DNA from: Balanoglossus misakiensis
Lineage: Eukaryota; Animalia; Hemichordata
Direction of reading: 5' to 3'
DNA: 64,000 nucleotides
Assembly (NCBI GenBank): GCA_040954595.2
Contig: CM082580.2
Location: 5,136,783-5,200,782 of the forward strand
Part shown: piece by piece, positions 26,101-38,100 of the stretch
How positions within the stretch are numbered: position 1 is the first letter of the stretch
Layout: the number at the start of each line of letters is the position of its first letter
Made by a program: the position numbers and the translations under genes
Notes under the pieces: model-generated
What the model saw: only the letters and a program-made list of their open reading frames with translations
Told to the model about the DNA's origin: nothing
Database searches by the model: none

Positions 26101-29100
26101 TCTATGGTACGTTTGGACCTCTAAAGAGGAAACTGGGGGTGAAAGGGTTAATTCCCAGTGACAGTGGACTTCAAGTTCAACAGTAAAATGCCATCTGATC
26201 TGATTGATCCCTTGAACCTCGTGAGAGATCGCACACAGAGGTCCAATTCTGGTATCGGGCCATTTTCTTCGTCGCTAAATTTTCCACGGAAAACTCAACA
26301 GTTCTGACTTGAAACTGGATCAGGATGACATACAACTGCCATGTTTTATTTAACCGGCCCACTGCAACAGTGTCAAGTAATACACTGAGCCTAATATCGG
26401 AACAACATGGCTACCTGACACCCGATCAGTTCAGTTATCAATACATCATAACTTCTATTATATCACCACCACTAAAAATAAATGTGCATTGATCCAATGA
26501 AGAGACACACACTGCTTCACACTTCGATTTCGTTCAGATGAAGAGTGGACTGATTAATTAAACACAACCGATCGCAACTTATTTCTCAACGACATCTGAT
26601 GAGAAAACAAGTCCAACCGACTGGCCTCCTTCACCCAGAAAACGAGAGAAGAACTTGGTCATGTCCACAACACGGAGATCAATTTGCGGTGATGTGTTAA
26701 TATGCGGAGAGGAGACGACACTTTCCCCAGATAGGTGCAGAGTTTATTTCACTGAACTCATTATCACCGGAGCTTGAACAAATACCTCTCCATTGCAGCA
26801 ATGCAGAGTAGACTCAATCAAACCGATCCCCAATCAATTTAATTAAACCACACTATTCACCTGTGTATTAGAATGATGAGTGCTGTCACGGTTGCGGGTG
26901 GGGGGGGGGGGGACTACATGTACCTGCACAGTAATGATTTCGTTATCATTTGACATGCTTTTTTTCGACCGGCTGTGCAAATACCAGTGAACTGAGAGGC
27001 ATTCATTATTTACACCTTTCCTACCAAATTCACAGAACTGCCACACACACAAACAAACACCAATATCACAGGCGAAGACCTCAAGGCCCAAGTATTACAT
27101 CACTTTCCATTGTGAAATAAAATATGAAGGAAGACTAGTCTATTGCCACTAAATCTAGAAATGCGTTTTCTAATATTTCTCCTGTTCACACTTCCACCAC
27201 TACCACACTGTTGTTATACCTTGCTATAAACTTTCAACACAATGGCAACAAAAATGATATTCTGTAATTGACAATGTTTATTTCTTCTATTCTAGCCTCT
27301 TAAATTTATTAACTGATATACTATCAAGCAGGGTTATTGCTAACTAGTTATTTTAATTTTTATTATAACTGTCACTGGCAGATGAATGATTCCACTGCTA
27401 GTGCTAGTCATTATAGCAAGTCAGTTCTATTAATTGAATACACATCACAAATATTAGATGAGAAAATACATTTAAAGGAGACTTAATTTCATTTGCACAA
27501 TTAAACATTCAGAACTGTGTAAGAAATCTAGTTATTGGAAACTGCTGCTGGCAAAAGTAATTTGTCTCTTTTTGCAACAGATATTGCTGAAGTGCTGCAC
27601 GTCACTGAGATGTGCCTCAGAAAATTGTAATCCAGGACTTCTTGACGATTAAAAATTCAGTTCTCCACAGAATCCTGTGAGATTATAACAATCAGAAAGC
27701 TTTGGTTGCTGTGGTAACGGGTATCCACTACACTTGGTAGATTAGTAATTGGAAAAGACAATGCACAAAGCTTGAGGATTTGTTTCAAGTAAGAATTCTT
27801 GTAAGCAAGAGGGGGTTTTGAAACTTGGGTGATCGTAGTTCACTACAAATGTACACCTGAATCATGGGATTGACCAAGTTGAAGATTCTGCACAGGTGTC
27901 TGTATGTGTATCTGTGTCAGTATGACAGTATACATTTCTAGACAGGATTAATAACCTACATGTATTGTTTATGCATATTTATGCTATTTAACTATTAAGA
28001 CAAGGCTGCGGTTAAATTGGGTAACCCTAGGTGGCCTTGGGTTAGCCCAGAACTGACCCACTTTGAAATCTGACATCACTACAAGCACATTATTAGCACA
28101 TTATCAACCCAAACATCATTAACATAGCTGTGTTTTGCAAAATCCATTTTTGCAACCACTATACATTTCAACCACACAAAATGCATTTTCACAGAAAAAA
28201 TTACTCTCGGTAAATTCACTGATATTCTGAAAAAAACGTCATCACAAGAGGAAGAAGTCATTTCCTTTTACCTAAAGGGCATTCTCTATCAGATCGCTGA
28301 TGGTTACGAACTGAAACACCTTTCTAAATGGCATCATATGCAGAACGATGAAATATGTACATCACATTTTCTTAATACCTCAAACATAAAAATAAATTCG
28401 AACCTGTATTACTATTATGTAGTTAAAATTGTACCTCTGGAGTGAGTGATGACGCGGACGTAAACAATGAAATGATTAATCATTCCGATAGGCTTGCATC
28501 AAGCTTTTCATATTTCACCCTGGCGGTGACCAAGTAAATCACTTGATAATATTTCAGATCTTTGTATTCTCAAAAAAAAAGTTGTTGTTTTTTTCACACA
28601 TATACAACAATCATTGACAGAAAATTAAAACCCCCAAAAATCGCATCACTAAATTTTTTCTAAATTTTTGTTGTGATGTGGCAAAAGGGCATAATTCATC
28701 GACGTGATACATTTACCCGAATTATGACATTAAAAAAATCACACGGTAGATAAATAATATAATTGTGTGACAGCTGGTAATTGTGCCAAAAGTTACAGAC
28801 GACACCAGATAACATGTGGCAAGTGCAGGCACACAAGACGGCGTTTTTTTTCATTCAACCAACCGTGTGGTTACAGAACAAAACGATATGAGCAGCTATT
28901 AACTTACTAGGTCCCTCGGGGATGTGCGGCGCTGCCGAGACCACAATGGGGCAGAGAGTGGCGTTGACTCCGTATAGGCAGAATGTGTGCCTTGATTCTT
29001 TACTGTTATATTTCACCCTCAGTTGAACCCCCTAACGAGGTGACCCCCCCCCCCCAGGGGGACAGGTGGTGTGAAACGCAAGAGGTGGCTCACATCACAG

Positions 29101-32100
29101 CAACTGGTTTAATCTACCACTTATCAACTCATTTGCTATAATGTATATATAACCCCAGTTGTTGCTATGTTGACTAGGTTATTATTATTTCTACTACATT
29201 ACACTTGATGACAAACGTACAAAACACAACATGCACACACACACAGTCACTATGTGTATGTGTGTATGTGCGTGTGTAAAATGAAGTATAAAGACCAAAA
29301 AACATAAACAGTACCGTTAAAGTCACTTTATAAGACGCAACGGTATTATAAGTCGCACCCCTTCTTTGAAAGACTTGTTTGGGAGGAGATTTTAAGGAAA
29401 TGAATACAACAGAACATTGGTATTATAAGTCGCACCCCCTTTTCGGCACACACTGTCACTCAAAAAAGATGCGTCTTATAAAATGACTTTAACGGTAGTA
29501 GCTGTACTGTCTATGAAAAAACATTGCTGAATGAATGTTAGTACATTAACACAGCCGGGTTTTGGTCAAGTATACAGAGGGGTTGCATGGGCCAAGTACA
29601 GATGCACTAATTTCACATCCTTTTTCTTTGCCTAAGTGAGAACATCCCAGCATCCAAAAGTTGTCTTGACAAAAAAGTCGTTTGCAATCCTGGAAAACAA
29701 CATAATGGGGGACATCCACAAAAAATGTTAGGATTGGTGGCAGCAGCCAATCAGCTTTCATAACAGACACCAACAAAAGTGGGGGAAATAAAACAACAAC
29801 AACCCCAACAGTCTGACCTCTGACCTCTGTCACGAGACGTCATGTCACCAGCCCCGCCATTTCAAACAGACTGACCAGATCCACGCTGACCTTTCACCTC
29901 TGACCTACTTGTCAGGATATTTATTGTAACCAGTTTACCTGTATTGACCCTTCTTTATCAGTAAACAAGACTGGACAGCCACATCAGTGACAACAGTACA
30001 ATACAACTTTGTTTTTATTAGAGGGAGTGGGGCTGGTGTACTATAGTGGGTCAACCTTTTACTGTATCCAGTCTATATTTTTGTCCACCTATATTTTGTT
30101 TTACATATCGCGTATGTTTTTATGCTCAATAACCTTCATAAACCAAGTTCATAGCATCATAATTATTCTTCCTGTGTATGAAAGGGGATATTTTTTATTT
30201 GAAGCCCAAATTTGATATTAAATTTTGCAAATTATTCAGTTTTTACTCTCTGTGAACAACCGATAACAAGAAGACTTTTTCCACTGCAGGGGGGGGACCT
30301 GTTTTATCACATTAAAGATAAAATGATCTACCTGGTACAAAACCTGTTTCAATAATATTATTAGTAAACAAATAGACTGTAACAGCTGCAGACAAACAAC
30401 AACACAACAGTCAAAAGTAAAACATGATGAACTCCACCTAAGTCCAGATTAACTTCAGTTATTATTATATTAGGAAGATTGGCATGAAGGAACGAATCCT
30501 GAAAAAATAACTTTCTTAGTCAATCATACGTGTACTATTTGCTGTCTAGTCTCAACAACAACAATCGCATAAATCAAGATTTGGGGGGGGGGGGGCTTTT
30601 GGATTCACATACAGGGAGGTCTTCCATCATAGAGAGCGATACAAACTTGTCATGCCAAGTCAAGTGTATCATGAAGAACTCCTGAGACATCAACAGTCTT
30701 GGCAGATCAACTACACTAGAGGTTATCCGCTATGTGGGTGAGATTTACAGCAAAAAACCATAGAAGGGGATCTTACACCATACCTTGGCAACAAGCCACT
30801 TGGATTATAAAATCAATGTACAACCTGCTATTTTAACAACATTACTGCCATTAATGACATTTGACCTTACATGTCTTTTCAACAACTAGGTAAATTTTAA
30901 AATTATATCTCGCTGTGCAAATCAAATTATGCCTGAAGGTAAGGTAAGGTAAGTTCAGGTATGGCAACCTATGCAAATCTGATTAACCACACAGTCCACC
31001 CTTGCCATAAACGAGGCAATCTAGCCAATCACAGATTTTCACTTGCATGCCATGCAAAATAAAAAAAGTGTGTCTATGTCCTTAGAAGATGTAGACACCC
31101 CCTTTTAACCAGATATGGGCATATTATGTAAATCAGAGGTGATTGCATTGATAGCAGGACACACAACAGGACCAAAAGAATTTTTATTTTTGATTGACAG
31201 ATAAGTGTACTCTGGACACTCAGGGTATAACAAACAAATCAAACATGTAGCATTAAATGCCAGGGGCAATAAACAGTAGCGCAGGTAAACTGATTCGATC
31301 GCAATTGTAACAACTCCTACAAGAACAGTTACGAACAGGAGGGAGGGGGTGTCAACTATAGCTGGTAGTGCCAGTAAAACATACTCTTCTGAAGCTGTAT
31401 TAAGGACACACCTTTGCTCTTTACAAGTTCTACTTTGCCATTTGTGGATAGTCTGTAGACATACAGTACACACACACACACACACACACACAACATACAG
31501 ACAACAGACACTAACATTTAACCAGGTGGGAGCTAAAATTAGGATTGAATGGAATGACAATATTGCTTCTTATTCTTTTTTTTACACATGCCTTATTAAA
31601 AAAAATATTTGTTTCCATCAGTGCCACAAATAATGCCTTAATTTAAAGATTTACGTGCATGTGATGGGTCTAACGATCTGAGTTATGTACTTGACAAAAT
31701 TGGAAAAACATTCCAGGCAACGCACAACAAACAAGAAGGACAGCGATTCTGAGAAAGTCAGGCAATGATTTGACTTGATTTATAACTGAGATAAACCTGA
31801 CAGCTGAGTCAGACAGGGGATATAATGGCCATCTTTTTTTGCTGCAAAATTGTCAACACTGTTCAAGGTATGATCGCGCTCCTCAAAACGCCGACAGAGA
31901 TCCAGCTGGTTTTCGCCCGGAAGGAGGACACATCCGGAATATAGCACACGCTTCAATCCAGACAAAAGCTTGTCACGCCACAGGACAATACGTACAAATG
32001 CACATTCATGTAACTGTTTGGTTGTTTGTCCCCGAGTTACTCCCCCTACTGTGTCAAAATCTGTCAGATCTGGGACATGCTCACTCCGGTCCGACCTTTG

Positions 32101-35100
32101 ACCCCATTGCACTGTCACTTCATGTGGAAGTTGCCAAGACACGCAAGATTTATTCATTTTACAAAATTAACCAATAAGATTTCTTTTAGAAATTTGAAAA
32201 TGCGCTTCATTTGCAGTACTACAAGATCCCACATCAGAATACCACAAATTTCAGTATTTTGTGCTCTTAAAATTAAATAAACCAAATTTTGTGACCATTC
32301 AATTTTTTTCATTGACACTGCAATGACGAGTGACATTATAGGACAGGTAGCTTATACATTTTGACCTCTCTGGTCAGCAACATCAGTGTGTATAGAACTT
32401 GACAGCCAATTGGTTAATAACCACCAATGACAGCTGAATAAGCCAATCATATTATGCCTTCTTTGCAAAACCTTGTGATGCACTGACATAAGTATCCAGT
32501 CATGAAGAGACAAAAATTGGATTTTATTTCATTTTCTTTGTGCGGTGCAATCTCAACCACCCCAACGCATCACACTTCCCGAATGACTAACACTTATATA
32601 CCAGGGTAATAATAACAGACCTCAAAGAACACACACACACAAAATTTAATAACTACAGGTTGTGTTCAATTCCACAGGGGCCCCAATTTCCTCTTTTTTT
32701 AATTTCCTCTAGAAGGAGCAAAGATGGACAGGTATATCTAAAATTTATATTAAGCTCATCAACAGAGGTATGTGAATTATGTTTCTTAGAAAATGAGGCT
32801 ATCACTCAGAAACTTCCTGTCTGCTGCCATATTTGGATGTGTCCCACATTCTTGATAGATTTTGGCATTCACAGCTCTCTGTTCATAACCATAGCAACTT
32901 GTCACTCAAAATTGATATTTTCAATAATTTTTTTTCGAAACTTGTGATTTGTTTCCAGAAAAAAAATTCAGCCAAAAATGGGCGACTTGTCTGCTAAGAG
33001 TTGAATGATGTAATGTTTTGGACACTGATTGACCTTTGAACTATGTACTGTTATGATGTATTTCATGTTCTGTAAATAAAGATTTCACAGTACCTGGTGG
33101 CAAAAAGAGATGAGAACATTTTCATCTTAAGAAGACAGCCCTGACCTGGTCATTGCGCTTCTAGTCCTATAGAACCCATCTTTCTTTCAAATTAAAAATA
33201 ACAAATTTTACAGTGTAATTACAGGAAGGCGGTTTATTCATCTGCCGCGCGCGTCCCGACAATATACCGGGATCATAAAAAAAATCCTCCGCCCGTACGA
33301 CAGGAATTCAAGGTCTTCCAGTCACTTTCTACAGTGGCAGCAGCATCGACTGCGCATCAATTTTTCATGGCTTTGTTTGTACAACGCAGAAACTACACTT
33401 GTTCTTGTGTGTACAGCGGGACTGCACTGCAAGGTCAATGAACCGGTGGATTCCCGCTTCCTGTGACTGAGTTGATCTAAAACTCAATGTCACCCCATCG
33501 GCATCAGTTCTTATGACTGGATGACACTTTTAATCACTTGGGAAGAGAAACCGGGCTATGACTTGCAGTACTCTTAAACAAACATTTAGTGATTTACCTT
33601 GAAAAAAAAATCACCTGCAGACTGCAGCATTCTTGAATATTATAAGATTTCACACACACTTAAAAAGTCTAAAATATTATTATTCCTCAGATTTTTTTAG
33701 AAAAGAGAGCATTATTTTTCCCCATATATTTCCACGACACAGAATTCCAACTTGTCACATTGGGATAAAATGGCAAGTATGGGAACTGTCTTCTGTGATT
33801 TTATTCATGTGATAATTAAAAACAAATTAAGGTCATAGTTCAAGCATTAACTTGGAAGGCAGATGAAACAGCACCACTTATGACAAAACTGAGAAAATTC
33901 AATGCGGCATTTTAAATTGGATAAAAAATTTAAATTGCACTTTCTGACATTACCTTGCCTTGCCTTATCTGTGACCAAAATCTACAGTGAGTTCTGACTG
34001 GGGGATGGCTCAAAGTGCCAATATGCCAGACCAATTACCCCTTCCCTTTCATACCCAGATTAAACTACATGTAGCAGACTAGCACAGTTCTTGATTTGAC
34101 ACAGCATGTCTACAATTTGGGGGGGGGGGGGGGGGGTTCAGTCAACCTACAATGTAAACCTATACACAGGGTCGATCTAAACTGTCAGATATGAACCCCA
34201 ATTTCTTGCGACACATCAGTCCTACTCGAGATTAGACGGGGGCAGACTACAACAGAAACCAGCAAGGTCCTGTCTGGCTCCAGTTCCGCCACACTCGCAT
34301 GACAAAAGCAGTGACCTTGATATGACAAGACAGTTACAGTCTCGGTAACACACTGTGACACAGTACAGCCTCCGACAGACAGCATTTGCCAAACTGACAA
34401 CAAAGCAACTGCATTTTCCAAACCGCGGCCACAACTGCATAGATCAAAATATCTGCAAACATGCGGAGAAGATTTATCAGCACGGACAAGATTTATACGC
34501 GGGGGTAAAGCTGAAGGTCGCCATGACTTGCCAACAAGACTACCCATTTCTGAATCAGCGGTGATTCCGGGCATCATCAAAAACTCCTTTACGCACTTGC
34601 ACAAATAATCCGCCTATAACAAAACAGCACCAAGGCTCACAGAAAGCCACAATTGCGCATGTACAGATCAACTTCCTCCATGGGACTTCCCCGCAACAGG
34701 AACCAGATACTTGGATTGTCTTTCCTGCATTATTTTCCTGTATTGGTTGAACTGTTTCCCATTCCATAGAGGAAGGCGTTGAATACTTCCAGGAAATTAT
34801 AAATTGAATCATGGAATACTGGAAGGGCAAGTTCAGAAGCGACACCGACCGACCGATGACAGACCTTGGGGTAGCTGCTCCCCAACATTCTTTCCTTATT
34901 CACTCGATGATGGCCAGTTGCAAGAAAAGATTGCCAGTAATTGTCCGGTTTACTTATGAGTACACTGCCGGGGTCAGAGACAGTTCAAAACCCACATGCT
35001 GGCCGTACACACAGAATGAACACCATCGCAGTGTCACACCCAATTTTAGACAACACTGCCCTGAGTTACTATGGTTACTCCTTACGCAGTATGTTTGAAA

Positions 35101-38100
35101 TAATTACACACATGAAAAAGATATGATTGGGAAAAGACTGCACTGGCGCGTTAGTTTATAATTCATGGTTGTGAATCAGAAAAGGCAAGGTATGCATATA
35201 CATAGTGACATCACACACATGTTCCATGTATAAACCCCTTACCTCAATATGAAATAATGGAAACTTCCCAATGTAGCTAGTTTCTGAGATCATGTTTCCC
35301 CCCACTAACTTCATACAACTTTTTAAACAAACAAAATCAGAGGGGATTTTGCCTCAAAGGTTCAACTGCATTTTCAAGATTTCGTCAACGATCACAAGAA
35401 GCTCCAATATTTCCAATTCTATGTCTGTCTAAATCTTCCAAGTCGTTGTGTGACAGTCTGTACTTTCCCCTAATCATCACAAGGCAAACTACAAGTACAA
35501 GGTACTTCCGATACAGATAAGGTGAGAAAAAGCCATCCATATTTCATCTGTAAAGTTTTTTTGTACACCGTAGTCCGACTTTCTATTTTGATTCCAGCAG
35601 GGCCCATTACACATCTTATCATTTCACATCACACTTTTTATCAGCATAATCATCTTTGTACATATGTTTACCTTCAGACAATTCTACCAAAATATTTTTT
35701 TGTAAGTCAGATAAGTAGCAAGCACCAAACAGTTTCTCTGCAAAAGTAGGTCACCATCATTTACATGATACTGCGATCACCGGGCGTCTGAACGCGAAAC
35801 ATATTCTGGCAGTGAACTATACGTTCATCCATCCTTCTTAACCGCGTTGTCAACAACAACCACTCCAATAAACCCATGCGCAGGTCATTTCCACACCATG
35901 CGAGGTTATCACGGCGCTCTTTGCATAAAAATTACATTCCATCACTCAAATTGCCCAGGTATTCAATCATACTTGTACCTCTGCTGTCATCCCCCTTTAA
36001 TAAACCACTTCAACCGGTATTAATGAACCGCCGATATACTTTCTCTCTTACTGATTTCGGCAAAAACCAACATGTATTAAGCAATATACCATGGCATCAA
36101 TTATGAAATGGTAGTTTGTTTTAACCCCTGACTGCATCAATTTATAAAATCACCACCATAGAGAGAGTAAGAGAAGCATAGGTGAACTGAAGTCCACAGT
36201 CTGCCCTCTAACAAACAATTTTTAAAACTGTCTGGGTCAGCCCTATACCTCTGCATGTAGTGTGGAAAATTTTCTGGAGTCACCAGTAAGTTTGTTGAGT
36301 CAGTGGGCTTAGAGGGCACACTGACAGTCTACTGGACAATACTGTAGTCTGTACTTCAAAAAAATGTTCTTGACAGTTTTGTAGTTTTTAAACTTTTTCC
36401 ATGGGGGAGAGGGTCCCCTGCTACATTACAATCAACAAACAAAGATGATCAGGGGATCAGATGCAGGTACTAAGCAAACTATCAATGATGTGGCAACATT
36501 ATGCTATTAATTAATCTTGTACAAGAAATCTATCAGATCTAGGCAAATTTAGCCAATTAACGTCACAGTTCTTCAAATACCATCTAATCATCAGAGGGAT
36601 GTTTGGGATTCCCCTCATTAACTGATCAAGCCATATTACTTTTGAAAACGTTAATACTTCAAAGTTTAATCGTTGACCATGGATATGGGTCGATTCAATT
36701 CAGACACTTGCATATATATTTGAAAAATTAATTATATATTTTATAAAAAATCTAAATTATACGTTCATCGTCAACCTGCTTGGAGAAAAAAAGGTGTTGC
36801 CCCCCCCCCTTTCTAATTTAAATTTTAAGATTTCTCATATTGCAATTACACTTTCAATGTTCACAAATAATATGAGAAAGTTAGACCCTTCAAAGTTACG
36901 GTTTTCTTTGAAGGTCATTTCTGAAATCGTATGATGACAATGCAAGGCAGGTTACACACCATCTGAAAATACAGGGCTGCTTGGTTACTATAATTTTAGT
37001 CAATGTCACTTATTTGCCAGAGACAAGGTTGTACACACTCTCATGGTCTTTCTTCGACACGACGCTTAGATAAAACCGTTGTCTGCCGTTTCTGTACGTC
37101 CGGGGATGCGATTATTGATTTAATTCAGCTTTTTGTTGTCACACCCATGGTGTACTAATTTTAAGGGACCACCTCTGTCTCAATGCAGGCATTGACGTCT
37201 GCCCCGAACAAAAAGTCTGTCAAGGTCGGCGCTGACATTACTTTTGACGTTAAAATCCGCTACGAGCTTCCCCCCGAACAAAGTTGAACGCGTCCGCCCC
37301 ACTGCTTTGTGGCGACGAGACCGACAAATTCTGGGGTGTAGCTCGTCTGAAATTCACATTTGTCTCCCGCTTGTTTTGTTTTTGTGCCAGTTTTCATGTG
37401 TCATTGGTCAGCGATTGTCCCACAATCAAAATAAGCCCTGCCAATATGGCATCCTATTATTAGTTTGTATACACTTCACTCCACTGAAACCACACACACA
37501 CACACACAGACCTTCGATCAAAATCCGGCTCTGATTTAGTTTTTTAAAAAGGTTGAAGCCCTTTCACTGGCAGTGCCTTCACGTGATGGATGTGGCCCAA
37601 AACGACAAACCCAGGGCAAGTGCATGTCTGGTGCCCTTTGTCCAAAAAGAGCGGGTCTGAGACACACACAAAACTACAGTTTTCTTGGCCGGGAACCAAT
37701 TCTGGATAGAGATGTACACTACACTGGCTCAACGTGCACACACGTTATATTCCATTTGACTGAAGTCCAAATTAGCAAACACTGATGAGGGTTCAGGTCG
37801 TACAGGTAGAAATCCTACCCACGTCTCACAAGGATATTAAAGAAGAAACCTTGAAAATTACTCACAGAATATCCGCCGAGTGACAAACAAATCGCATCAA
37901 TTTCGTGAAGGTGTCTGCCAAAAGGGCACTGTTTTCTTCGCATAACTCGATTTCAAAATCCTGCGGGAGGGAAAAACGGGAGAAAGATACGGTGACTCGG
38001 GGTCCTGCCTCAGGTAGCCGGTGGGAATGGGCACATTTCTGGTGTCCAGGAAGAGTGACACACCCGGTAGGAATCACGGAAAAATATGAATAATAACGGT

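Noticed and set aside
20290-37865. Scattered CTTTGA(T/A) TCF-like sites as Wnt autoregulation
   Set aside because: Short motif, and its frequency is not evidently above background in AT-rich DNA
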